Of a stretch of DNA of 64,000 nt, positions 38,896-52,204 are shown in pieces (the stretch's first letter is position 1; each line of letters begins with the position of its first letter). The notes beneath the pieces were generated by a model. That model was not told where the DNA came from. It made no database searches and worked only from the letters and a program-made list of their open reading frames with translations. Source of the DNA: Mytilus edulis (lineage: Eukaryota). The DNA lies in contig NC_092353.1 in assembly GCF_963676685.1 (NCBI RefSeq), positions 37,324,001 to 37,388,000 of the forward strand, in the 5' to 3' direction. Position numbers and translations under genes: made by a program.

Positions 38896-39232
38896 GTAAA
38901 GATTTATTTATAAACCATATTTCATGGAGTATTTTATGACATTGGATAAAAAAATGAAAACAATGCTTTATTCTTTTGTCCTAGCACTTTTTCTGGATTA
39001 AACTTCATAAGAAGCTTCAAATCAAAGCATTTGAAGTGTTATATAACCCTTATAGGACATAGAAGTAAAAGTCAAATCCATCTGATGTCAACTTTGCCTG
39101 AGGGAGTTTCTGTATTTATTACTGTAACTGACAAATATGACCAAATTCTGCAATGCGAGATTTGTCGTGTCGAGTAGCCATTTTATAGTGAACATGATGT
39201 GTACAGAATGATGAGATGAGTGGAATGTCTTA

Positions 39233-39691
39233 TTTTTATGCCCCACCTACAATAGTAGAGGGGCATTATGTTTTCTGGTCTTTGCCTCCTTTCGTCTGTC
39301 TGTCTGTCCTTCTGTCCTGCTTCAGGTTAAAGTTTTTGGTCAAGGAAGTTTTTAGTGAAATAGAAGTCCAATCAACTTGAAACTTAGTACACATGTGCCC
39401 TATGGTATGATCTTTCTAATTTTAATGCCAAATTAGAGTTTTTACCCCAATTTCATGGTTCACTGAACAAAGAAAATGATAGTTCAAATTTCAGGTGAAA
39501 GTTTTTGGTCAAGGTAGTTTTTGATGAAGTTGAAGTCCAATCAACTTGAAACTTAGTATACATGTTCCCAATGATATGATCTTTCTATTTAAAATGCCAA
39601 ATTAGAGTTTTTACCCTGATTTCACAGTCCACTAAAAATAGAAAGTGATAGTGCGAGTGGGGCATCCGTGTACTATGGACACATTCTTGTT
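39233..39691 (+). mobile_element. Short HINE-like element with two internal ~170-bp units
   Basis: Same termini as 35449-35768; core ttcaggttaaagtttttggtcaagg duplicated at ~39321 and ~39490. Confidence 0.85.
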
Positions 39692-39869
39692 GATTACTGA
39701 GCTGTATAGCTGGTATTGAGGCACTTGTCCAGGTTTCATAATTTGTATAACATCTACATGTTTTCTGAATTAATATGATTAACAAAATATCTGATAAAAA
39801 TTGATTTGTAATAATTTACATGAAGATGTAAAAACTTTTGACCTGAAATAAGAACCTTTATTTTTTTAG

Positions 39870-39997
39870 GATTTGTTAGTTATGATAACCCAGTCTCAGC
39901 TCAGGCTGCCATACAAGCCATGAATGGTTTCCAGATTGGAATGAAAAGGCTGAAGGTTCAGTTAAAACGCCCAAAAAATGATGGCAAGCCTTACTGA
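39870..39997 (+). CDS. CELF2: CELF1/2-like last coding exon (RRM3 C-half and stop)
   Basis: Encodes (G)[41 protein letters not shown]. The 13 exons sum to 1314 nt in one frame. Confidence 0.97.
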
Positions 39998-40126
39998 TAT
40001 AGGCAACAATGTAAGTGTTCAAACATACACACAAGACTGCATCTCAGGTTGGCATGATCAATTTCATATAATCTGCTTTTGAAGACGAAAATATGGTTTT
40101 GAAAGAAAGGCATGGACCTATTACAA

Positions 40127-40437
40127 GGTTAAGCCAATTTAATCTTTGGGTAATACTCTTTCAAGGGCAATAGTGTTGAAAACAAGGTGAAAAGAGAGAC
40201 AAAATATACCAAAGGGAACATTGAAGGGAACATTTCACTTAAGTGAATAGCTAGTTTACAGTTCTAATAATGCATTAAGGCATGAATGATTGAGAATAAA
40301 AGTTTATCACCAAAAAGAAAGATTTTTTTTTCAAAATTACAGCATATTGGAATAAATTTTGCACACAGTGAAGTAATGTTTTGGCCTTTTATATCAAAAT
40401 TCTAAATCCAATAATAAAAAATCAAATTGGCTTAGCC
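40127..40437. mobile_element. Degenerate MITE
   Basis: GGTTAAGCCAATTTAAT / ATCAAATTGGCTTAGCC inverted ends; TSD not intact. Confidence 0.45.
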
Positions 40438-42816
40438 TTAGCAGGTAAGTTGCTGGAAGTAGCATTTCTGAATGACAAAAGTATATAACCTTTAAATTTG
40501 ACTGTATTATGCTTTTACAAGAAGAACCAGAAGATTGTATTCCAGCTCAAACAAGGAATAGACAGAATGCTATATGTTGTTGATTTGACTTTACTTTCAT
40601 TCTTGTTTCTTGGACTTTTATGTTAAAATAGTCAAGAAATTAAAAGAAAAGATGTTAGAAAAATTATATTATAAGAAGGAAATCACAGATGCAACATTAA
40701 GCAACAACATTCAATTGATATAATCAATTATAATTTAAAGAATTGAACTGCAGGATATATTCCTTGATTTTTCACCATGTTTTGAAAAACAGCTGATCCA
40801 TTATAATGTTATAGCACCCAGAAAAGGCACTTTAAAAAGGGTTTACCATTGGTAGAGGCAATTTATAATTTTTCTTGCATTTTCAATGTTACAAAATAAT
40901 CCTGAAATAAGTTGAGATTTCTGTTATTAATGGATCTGCCTTAAAAAGTTCCTTGCATAGGTGTGTATTTTTTTCAACGATTTTCATTTTAATTTCTTAG
41001 GAGATTTATTATGCGAAATATTTTGTCCTGTAGATTTTTTTCGTTATCAGAAATTTTTATATCTGGTTTCACAGTATTTTTATTTTGAGGGAATATTTCA
41101 CTTTATCCTGAAAGCCACTGATTTGCAATTGATGAAATTAATTAAGAATGAAAATCGTTGAATAAGTTATTACAGACGTACATAAAGAATGCATTGAATA
41201 TGAGTTTGATAAACTATTGTATTATTTAGTACACAAAATAAGCTATTCACAATAGTTATCCTGATGTTATGTGAAAATTTATAAATCGTGTGCATTAATG
41301 CAATGAAGATGCATGAAATATTCGTGTATTCATGTGTACATGTTGTGGTGTGAATTATATGTTTATGTGTCAGCTAGGAATGATTTCTGCTTTACGTTTC
41401 TCAAGCATTCTGTTTAATGTCAGCACTCAGCATCTGCACTGTGACTTTGCTTTTAAGCTCACCTGGACCAAGGTCCAGGAAAAGCTGTTTCCATCATTTA
41501 GCATAGATTCTCTCTTGTAAACTTCTTACATCTTTATTTCTTTTACTGACGAGATCAATTTACACTAAACTGGGAATGAATAACAAAGTTAAGGACCTTG
41601 ATGAAAAGACATTATTACAATATGGTAAGGGTGATAGACCAGTTAGAGACAAAATAAATGATATTACTGGGTGGGGCCTAGGAATTTGAAAATCACCCAG
41701 TACAAATGTAGCAAATAAAATTTGGTAACAAAATAGTAGTCTGTCAGAATAGTAATGATACATTTCAATTTATATCTATATTTCTCACATAAAAGGCAAA
41801 ACTGCAAAAACTGTCTTATTCCAAGATCTGATCACTAAATATGTGTATTAGTCAACCTGAAACAAATGAATTAATAGAGATTTTTGGGTGATGTCAATTA
41901 GACAGAAACCCAAGAAAGAATCTAATAAATTCCTATCAAAAAGACATAGATGTCAAAAGTAAAATCTGCAACAAGTGATAATTACTCGGACAGACTACTA
42001 TTAAATGTGATAGAACCAACTAAGACTGAAAGGGCAAAAATGAGGTCTATCCTACTTTCTCTTTATAGTAGATAGATAATAAGATGTAACACAAAGTTGT
42101 AGTTCTAGTTGTGACAAATGCAATTATGTTGTACAATTTTTTAAGGGAATTCAGTTGTCACACCATTTTGTTTCTATCAATTGCATTGTGAACTAGTATT
42201 CTGTGAGAATTGTTCCTACTGAAATTGAGAAGAATTTTAAAAGTGTATTTATTCATGCCACAACTAGAAACTTTTGACAAGACCCAAGCCAAATAAAGAG
42301 AACTTTTATTGCTGTTGTTCATTCTGGTACTAGAACCTTTAACTTGTGGCTAAGGCTCACACCCCATAGCAAGATAAAAATTTAAAAAAAGCTCATATTA
42401 TCAATTTTAGTAGACTGACTGTTAATTAAAAACATTTTATGTTTTTTAACTTTATAACTATGATGCAATCATGAAACTTTTGAAACAGGAAAAAAAATCA
42501 AAAAACTAGAACTACACCTTGTGTGATAGAAATATTTATATATACATGTGGGAATGCTTGGAAACTGTATTTTGAGTAAGCCTAGTCAATTAAGTGCTGT
42601 AGGTTGCACAATAACACAAAAAAGGGAGACTTTTTATTCCACTAAAAAAAAAAAATAATGTGTGCATCTTAAAAAATTTCAAATATATTTTTTTTACAAT
42701 TGACGCACAGTAGAATATAAAAATTTGAAATACAGTTTTGAGTATTGTTAAAGATTTTTTCATAAATCACAATTGATTGTGCTACAATAAGTTAATATGT
42801 CTGCTTCTCTCTGTAG

Positions 42817-45800
42817 ATGACACAGTGGTGTTTCCTTTGTCAGTGACGTGATGTCTTCATTTGTCCTTCACATCCTGTCTGAAAGTGTTTGCGTCATACA
42901 GAAATAACTTAAAATCAAGACAATTAGATTTTGTATTTGTTTTGTATAAAGGGTTCCTTCAAATACCACTTAAAGTTTTCTTGTATCAAGTTTTAAAAGT
43001 TTGTGTACTGTTTAAGTATTGTTTTAACGTTTACATAATTTTATTTTTTTGTTAGTGATAAGCTTTACTGTCGTTTAATAAATTTAAATTCATGAAATTT
43101 TAAGTGGTATATGAAAGTTGTTACAGCATTTATGAAATTATATGAGTGTACAAAAATTTTCAACCATATGGCTAAAATACTTATGTGTAATCAAGAAAAT
43201 AAATGTATGTGTTATTTTATATACCAAAGATTATGTTATAATCAAACGATTGTTTTTATTATTTTTTTTAATTGATATATTAAGTTATATCATGTGACCA
43301 TTAGGTCATAAATTTATCGGTGCCATTTAATTTTTCACAATTTTAAGCAATTTGATACCAAAGCTATATTTTTTTATGTTACATACTTAGTTTGTGTTAG
43401 AAGCAAGTCAATTCTTTTAGAAGTCTGATTCTATTTAAACAAAAATGAAGCAAGAGGGCAGATTAAGATAGTGTTTTACTTTTAATGTTTCTCTGCAAGT
43501 ATGAAAAGGTAAAACGTCTGTATTTGTTTCTTGTGATTTTTATTAAGCATTTTTAAAATTAGAAAAACTTTTTACAGTTGTGATACTTGTGTAAATATTT
43601 GTTTTTATTCTTCATTTCAAATAGTGCAGCTAACTTCAGTTTTTAGAAATGTCTTTGTGAAATCGTGCGTAGTCCTTCATAAAAAAGTGAGAAAGGCAGT
43701 GATTATCATTTCACAACTTTTCAAGTTTTTTCAATCAGAATGTTTATTTACATGCATTTTTTTTTTTAGAATTGACTGAAAATGGGAATTGAATTTTCAA
43801 TTAATTTTAAATTAACCTTTTGTTTAAATTCTGGAAGGATCGTGAATGTCAAAGTTTATAAGATACAAGAACTGAAATTATGTGTATATTTTGTCAGGAT
43901 TGTTCATAATGGTTATAGCCATATTATTTATTTTTCATCCGATTCACTTGTATTTATATCATTCTGTATCAGTTCAGAGGTTGTGGTCCATGTTTATAAA
44001 AGCCATATGGTTGTTAATTTTAGATCCTTCATTGAATAATCAAAAAGTTCTATTGAACTTTAATATTTTTTATCAGAGTCATTGGAACTCTTTTCATATC
44101 AATCAGGTTCTTTTTCAGAACCCATGTCATAATTTATCAAGTTCATAATGCGTCAATGTTTTGTGACACTTGATCAAAATTGCTAACATGTTTGTCAGTT
44201 ATATATATATCTTGTAAGTATATATATATGTGTGTGTAAATAAATATGGTATCTGTTTGCAGTGTGAAACATTTATCATTTAAAAAATGGAGTTGTAATG
44301 TTAAATTTTGTTGATATTGTGTGAGTTAAAATCAAAAGATGTTGTTTATTATATATAATCTTGTTTTTTTTGTGACTAATTACATGCACATGATAAAAAA
44401 ATGGTTGTTTTGACACTTAATTTTTTGTTTTAGGAAATATTTAGTCTCTTTATATATATCGTGAGTGTTGTGTTTGAAATTTCAAACTAAAAATACAATT
44501 ATGGAATCTTGTAACATATGGATAGTAGCTGTAATGATCTTTGATTCATGAATTTAATTTCAAATGCATAGGAGCATCCTCTACCAGGGGAAACAGAGGC
44601 TAATTAAAGACCAGACTAATAGATTTTAAAATCATTTAATGTTAAATAATTTTAGAATGCAATCAAAATACAATTATGCAAATTTTATGTTAATATTTAT
44701 ATAACAAAGTTCAAAATGGTGACAATCTTGTTTTGAATACAATTTTTGTTAAAGTGCCTTAGTGTGTTTTTCAATGTGATATATATTTACTGGGTTAAGT
44801 TGAATGAGAAAAATGTGATATATTTTTACTTTCTATTTGGATATGTTCTTTAAACATTCCAGAATCTTGTTTTAAAGAAATGTTTAAAGTAAGATTATTA
44901 GAATAATTCAGCATGAAACAGATTTAATTTTATGTGATAGCTCTGGGGTTTTCTTTCTGAAAAGCTTGATACATAATAACCCTCACAATTATAGTTCTGT
45001 GCTCTTTTCTATTTCAAGTGTAACGTTGTTTTTTATCATAAAAGTAAAGCCTACATCATTTTAAAATGTTCATGAATCAAAGAGCATGATAGCTGCTGGA
45101 ATTTCTCAGGAATACATGTGGGATGTATTGTTGACCGTGTCGTTTGTAGTCTGTCCCAGACAGAGCTAGTTTTACCAGGGAGGAACCAATCAAAACAAAG
45201 TCTTATTTTTGTTCAAGGTCAGTAGTTAGGATGCTAAAAGTGTGTCATTTCAAGTCTATTTTTAGCTTTAATTGAAAAGAAGAAACATTTAGTAACTTTT
45301 TTTTTTTTTAGCTTTAATTAAATGCACAGGCATATTTGTTCTTTTACATAATCAGTTTTATTTGTAACAGGGACCACTTTGCAATAAATGTTATCCTGAG
45401 TGCCAAACATTTACATAGTAGAATAGAATGGCAAATCATATCAAAAGTATTTTTTTCTTTTTTTTCCCCCTAATGAAAAATATCAATTTTACTCTAAACA
45501 AGTACCTCTTATTTTAGTTTAACATAAATTCGCATCCCTTGTAAATGAATTCAAGAAATCACTCCTAGTGTTTAAATCAATTTAGGCCCCAACGTAACAA
45601 AATTTTATGGGATAGAATAGGAAATCACTAAAATGTAGCATTCCCAAACTAACACAAAATCTTTCTTCTCTCCTTTGTTATATCATAAATGTTTTTATAA
45701 ATTGTTCTATTAGTGATATCTGCCTTCTGGTTTTTAATCTTAAAACATTTGTATATTATCATATGCCATTTAAGAATTATCTGTTAGTCAGTTTGTTTGT

Positions 45801-48800
45801 GTTCCCTGGACTTGAAGTGGCACATTTGACCATATATATTAGTAATATTTTAAGTTTATCAAGAGTCTCAAGTTTTGTTTTGGTGTTTTTTTTTAACTTG
45901 GTTAGTTTTTGGTTGATTTTGTTGTATATTAATGTTTTTTGTTTGCTCAGTTAATCAGTAAGATTGTATATGTATAATGCAAATTCAGTCCCTTACAAGT
46001 TTAAATTAGGTTGCCAGGTCCAACATTTTTCTCAATTTTATATATTTCAAAAGTTACATATTTAAGTCAAGCCATCAGGTACGGGAATCGGTTTCACGAA
46101 TCAACTTTAGACTTAAGATTTATTGCAAGTATACTTAGTTGTTCATGACTTACAATCAATCTTAACTGTAAGTTTTTTTTTGTGAAACAGACTTCTGGTC
46201 TTTAAGACTTTCTGTCAATTTTAATATAATTCTTGATAAATTGAAACTAGCATGATGTTGATCAATCAATTTGTATGATTGACATTTGTGGTGTAATACA
46301 GTTGCAAATTAAAAAAAAAAAAAAATTGAAATCTGTATACTTAAGGAAGGACAACTCAATATTCTAGCCAACTTCAATGATACACAAGATGAAGAAATGA
46401 GGAAAATGATGGATCTGGTAGTTAGATGTGATTTGGTAAATATTTTTTGAATGCACAACTTTATTATGTGATAAGCTGTTTTGTTTAGGGTTGTTTAAAG
46501 AAATAGATAAAATTAATGTTTTTATCAAAACTACATATCAAATGAGTCTTGTTAAATGTGTATATATAGATACTATTGTGCTTTTACTTTCTAATAAAAG
46601 AAAAACAAGACCAGCATCAAAAAGTGCTTTATTGTGCTGAAATTGAATTTTAGTTCTATTTGATCCATAATCTTTTGCTGCTAGCTACCACCAATTATGT
46701 TTTTAAACGGATAATCAACAAATTCAGTATTTTAAAGTCAATCATTCATAATATAGTTAGAGGATATTTTATTTTTTGCTGACAGCTTTTACAGTATTTT
46801 TTTTAAGTTGTAAATTTGAATTGAATCGTTTTTATTTCATCACCTAACAAAATAATAAAACAGTTACCCTGGAACCAATATGGATTCTACATTTTATTAA
46901 TTAATTGATTAATTAATTAATTAATTAATGGTTAATTCTCTATATATTATTTGGATCTAGTCTTAATTAACCATTTTAACTCTGATAAAAAATGATTGAT
47001 TTTAATTGCCTATTTAATTTACTTTCTACTAAGAAAATGAAGTTTATACAGTCATTTAAACAGGGTAATAATATAGTTAATTAGCCAATCATATGTTTAT
47101 AATGTTACTAAAATAATTTTAAATGGTTGAAAGGAAACCCAGTTATTTTATTTTTCATCATAACTCAAAAGTACTGTTTCATGGCATTTTTTGATGATCT
47201 CAGATATAGAAGATGAAAAGAAATTTAAATATGGCAGTACATTGTCTTTGATCTTTTTAAATATAACATCATTTTATTTTATGATCAGTTACAGTGCATG
47301 TGACTGTTATTATATATTTTTTGATGAAGTGTCTTCATTTTATTAAAGGGTAAACTTTTAGCATAATTTCAAAGACCATAGAGTGCATTGTTGTTCAGTG
47401 TTAACTGTTGTTAAATGTGAAAAATGCTTAACACGAATATGCCTTGTTCCTTATGTCGTGTAACAACAATTGTTTTAAACTGTTGAAAAGTTTGATGTAC
47501 AATCATCTAATAGTCCATAGCATGTTTAAGTAAGAATAGGAAGGACTTCAAGTGGATGATAGTGACAAGTGATGAAAATGGATTGTGTTTAGAAATTTAA
47601 GAATACCACTTGACTACCTTTTTGAGAACAAAATTAAGTGCTCTTTCCTGCGTCACGAGGACATTCATTTCAGTACAATTAAGGCATTTGGTCGCCCATG
47701 ACTATAGATGGTTGTACATAAGACTTGTAGATATTTAAGAGGTGCACAAATTTATAAGCAATATATGTTACTTTTTGTAACTTGGGTAACAATTTTTCCG
47801 GTGTTTCAGTAAGATACCAATTGACATCTAAGAATTTTATAGGTATACAGTATTTACAAACTTTCATCTACATTATGACAACATATCCATTTTTATGCAA
47901 TATGTTATATGGTGTATGTTAAAAGTAAACAAAACAGTATTTCTTATACTTGGTATTCACTTGTTCTGTAAGAAATTAAATTATATAAAATCAAAAAATA
48001 AATACAAACAATCAATTATAGTATTCCTAAATTTTGGAGTTTTAATGGCGATAGGTAATGAAGCATGAAATCAAATATATGTGAATGTTTTAGTTCATTT
48101 AATAGTAAAGCAGGGTGCTGTAGTTGAATCATAAATACAAAAACAATCTTTATAATCAAAAAAGTTTTAAAAAAGTTTGATAGTCTAAAAAGTCGTGATG
48201 CCATGATTGAATCTTGTTTGATTCAGGAAAGTATAATTGTATGTTAAATTACCATTCAAATTCCATGATAATTATTTGTTTAATGAAATAATGCAATTTT
48301 TAAAAACTGACAACTTATCAGGGACACTTAAGCATTTATATTCTAGTTAAAAAAATCACAAAATAACATAACAATGTGTTGTTTGAGCATTTTAAAAGTT
48401 ATCTCAATGTTATCAACTATTTTTTCATCAATTTATACTTAAGGCAGCATATATTCTTTTCATAGCCGAAAAATTAGGCTACTTTAAATATTATATCTAT
48501 GATATTGTTAGAAATATTTTGAACTTTTATCTTTTTCAAATCAAGGTGTATTACAAACAACAAATGGTTAACTGCTTTCAAGAATTTTGTACCAATCTAT
48601 TGAAAAATTTTGAGAGATAAATGTCATATTTTAGCACCAGTAAAGTTCTTAAAGTGAATGACAATCGGTCCATGGGTATAAGGTTACCAGAAAGACATTA
48701 CTGGCTATATTTTTTGAATGGCCATTCTTTTCAACTTTTAGCAATAATTGAAATTGAAATCTCAATATATTAACATGGGAGGTGTGATTGTCAACACAAA

Positions 48801-49030
48801 TTCAAACTGATTGTATGTCACTCTGATAAGCCTTTTTTTTTTAAATAAGGCATTCAAATAGTTCTTGAATAGACTGTTATTTGACACTATTTGATTCTGT
48901 TTTTATGGGGTGGGACAAGCATTATATGTTGAGGTTGTTTTACAAACCACTATTTGGTATAGTTCAGCATTTTGTTGTGGTTTGGCATTGTACAGAATCA
49001 GTATGCCAATAAACAGTTGAAAATTTAAGT
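42817..49030 (+). other. Putative terminal non-coding exon (long 3'UTR) of the CELF gene
   Basis: GTAAGT donor at 40011 and tctgcttctctctgtAG acceptor ending 42816. Followed by ~6 kb of T-rich sequence with no repeats that I recognise, with miRNA seed matches, ending at an AATAAA. Confidence 0.55.
49008..49013 (+). terminator. Candidate polyadenylation signal
   Basis: AATAAA with upstream TGTA (48989) and a downstream GT-rich tract (49029-49042); interspersed repeats resume soon after. Confidence 0.45.
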
Positions 49031-49430
49031 TTTGTTGTTATTTACATGTTTATAAAAAAAATAATAAAATGAGCAAAAGGAGAGGCAAACATATACCAAA
49101 CAGATATTCAAACTCAAAAGTCGAATACAAACTGAAAACAAACCTCATCGACACTCATACCACATCTTCTAAATCTTATACTATGACAATGGCATGGCAA
49201 AATAAGAACAACAAGGCACAAGGCACATCATAGAGAACTAAAGACTAAGCAACACAATCACTACCAAAAGTATTGTCAAGAAGTATTTATAAACAATCAT
49301 ACACATTGAAATGGACCTCAATCTGTCAAATGTGATGGGGCTTTTAGAAGAATATAAATTTCCATGTCAACAATAGCAGGTATACACTATGACAACTTGG
49401 GGACGACATAAAAAACAATTCAAATAGTTT

Positions 49431-49450
49431 GGGGGGGGGGGGGGGGGGGG
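49431..49450 (+). repeat. G20 homopolymer
   Basis: 20 consecutive G. Confidence 0.9.
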
Positions 49451-49540
49451 TTGTCAAAATTGGTACAAGTTTCTTTAATTGACGTCAATTTTATATTTAT
49501 CTAATTGGTCTATCAATTTTCCCCAAATAAAGTTGAGAAG

Positions 49541-50688
49541 CAGTGTTCCAGCTAGGATTTCAAAAGGGCAGGGTGCCAATCCTGAAAAAGGGCATTTAAC
49601 GCGTGATATGATAATATGAAAAGGGCATGTTGTGATAAAAGATATTAATCAAACATTGTGTTTATTTGTTGAATCACAGGTTATACAAAAACAACATCAT
49701 TAGCCCATATAGAACTCTATCTTTCTACTTTTTAGGCCGAAAAACTTGTCAAGCAGCTTGTCACACAAGTGTTTAGATCATTGCTTGGCACAGTTGAGCT
49801 TTATATGCAGTATGTTTTAAAAGGTGACCTGTTTCATTCTGTTTCTATGGTCTGGCACATTTTACCAGTTTAACCTTTTTACCCCTGCTGTGCTTAATAG
49901 CAATACAGCACAAAACAGCTGTCCTCAGTAAATACACAATGTTAGGATATATAGCAAAAGTGAAAAGTTGTATCAAAAATAAAGAATACAGAAAAAGATG
50001 ACCAAGGCACCCTACCAACACTGCTACTAAGACCCTCTTTAACTTTTCCCATAACTCAAAATACCTAAACATATATATTCTTAAGCAAGAAGTATGTAGA
50101 CATATTTTAGAATATGTAAATGGGTTACTCAATGCTAGGAAAAAAATCAGATTGAGTTATCTTTCTTTATTCGGGTGTGCTCCTTCTTTGGAGGATTATA
50201 AACAGTACATATGTCTGAATTTCCTGTTTATTTCACGGAAAACAAGTAAAACAATGTCTTCAACGAGTTTATTACAGTTTTTAACTTTCTGTCATTACCT
50301 TTCCTCCATGAAACTACGGTAAAAATTGCAAATTGTGCCCAAGTTGTTGTATGCACATTTCTTCAAAGATAATTGCCGACTGACCGATTCTTTTTGAATG
50401 AATTAATGTTGATGATCATTAATGACCTATCCGATATTAAACGGATTACCTACAACAACAGATTATGACACCAGTTGTAACCGTTGATTAGCTTGGGGTC
50501 GTAAACAAAATCATAAAATTTTCCCCAGGTAAATTTAGTAATTAGCGTATCTTATCAATATGAACAAATTAATATAAAATCGATCTTCAAAAAGGCAGGG
50601 CGCCCTGGAAACTGTAAAAAGGGCACAGGGCGGCACTCTGGAAAGGGCGGGCGCCGCGCCCTCTGAAAACGGCCTAGCTGGAACACTG
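49541..50688. mobile_element. Non-autonomous DNA transposon with CAG termini and 5-bp TSD (hAT5-like)
   Basis: Perfect 16-bp TIR CAGTGTTCCAGCTAGG, AGAAG on both sides, AAAGGGCA subterminal repeats. Confidence 0.88.
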
Positions 50689-51004
50689 AGAAGGGTAGTG
50701 GATAAGATCAGTAAAAAAAAATAATTATGAATTAAGTTTTTTATCCTACATTGAACTTATGATTTCGTCTTTTAAAAGCTGTCTGAGTAGCTTATGGAGT
50801 GTTCAATGAGAGGTGGGTTTGATACCCTGCGATGTCAAAGAAAACAAAATTCTGATTGAAAATTTTCTGGTCGTCTCCCAAGCATGATAAATGCAAAGAC
50901 TGGTTGTCTGGGAACCAGAATATTGGTAAATATTTGATTCGGATGATCTTTGTTGACTATTGCTTTTGGAAGTTAACTTGTTAGTCTTGCTCACAGTTGA
51001 TCGG

Positions 51005-51909
51005 TTTTTGTCAAGCCTGCAACTTTTGTTGCAGAAAGCTCGACATAGGGATAGTGATGTGGCGGCGGCGTTAGCTCACTTCTTAAAAGCTTTATATTTT
51101 AGAAGGATGAAGACCTGGATGCTTCATACTTTGTATATAGATGCTTCATGTTACGAAGTTTCCGTCAGTCACATGTCCAATGTCCTTGACCTCATTTTCA
51201 TGGTTCAGTGACCACTTGGAAAAAAAGTTCACATTTTTTGTAATGTTGAATTCTCTCTTATTATAAGTAATAGGATAACTATATTTGATATGTGCGTACC
51301 TTGCAAGGTCCTCGTGTCTGTCAGACAGTTTTCACTTGACCTCGACCTCATTTCATGGATCAGTGAACAAGGTTAAGTTTTGGTGGTCAAGTCCATATCT
51401 CAGATACTATAAGCAATAGGGCTAGTATATTCGGTGTATGGAAGGACTGTAAGGTGTACATGTCCAACTGGCAGGTGTCATCTGACCTTGACCTCATTTT
51501 CATGGTTCAGTGGTTATAGTGAAATTTTTGTGTTTTGGTCTGTTTTTCTCATACTATAGGCAATAGGTCTACTATATTTGTTGTATGGAATGATCGTAAG
51601 GTGTACATGTCTAGCGGGCAGATGTCATGTGACCTTGACCTCATTTTCATGGTTTAGTGGTCAAAGTTAAGTTTTTGAGTTTTGGTCTTTTTATCTAATA
51701 CTATATGCCATAGGTCAACTATATTTGGTGTATGGAAATATTTTATGATCTTCATGTCAGTCGAGCAGGTTTTATTGGACCGTGACATCATTTTCATGGT
51801 TCAATGCACAGTGTTAAAGTTTTTGCGTTTTGGTCTTATTTTTCTTAAACTATAAGTAATGGGTCAACTATTTAATATGTTGTATAGAAGCATTGTTAGC
51901 TGTACATGT
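51005..51909 (+). mobile_element. HINE-like element with ~147-bp internal tandem units, 3' truncated
   Basis: 5' palindrome ctgcaacttttgttgcag, (GGC)n, and gaccttgacctcattttcatgg repeated at ~51183, 51338, 51484, 51631 and 51778. Confidence 0.75.
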
Positions 51910-52204
51910 TTTTCCAACTTTGTGCGAAACGAATTCGGAACTATTCAGCGAGCATGGTTTTAAAATACACTCCTGGTCAGCACTTTTATTAGTTTTAATG
52001 GTAACAGTCATTTTTGAGTTTGGCGGAACTGTGATGGTTTGTTTTATGCAAACTTGCTGAGTTGAAATTTCGTTTCCACTGTTAACAAATGTCTCATTTG
52101 TCACTTTATTGTTGATGGTAATTTTGGGAGTACTCGGGTTTATCACTGCGCTCAGTGTGTCCGAAATTTAGCCTAAGTATAACATAGTCTGTTAATGGCT
52201 CTTT
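51910..52204 (-). pseudogene. Decayed Gypsy-like pol fragment (protease C-end and post-protease linker)
   Basis: Minus strand reads KEPLTDYVILRLNF (ILGxDF-like), then after a frameshift DTLSAVINPSTPKITINNK...QTITVPPNSKMTV. Continuous with 56137-56668. Confidence 0.7.
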
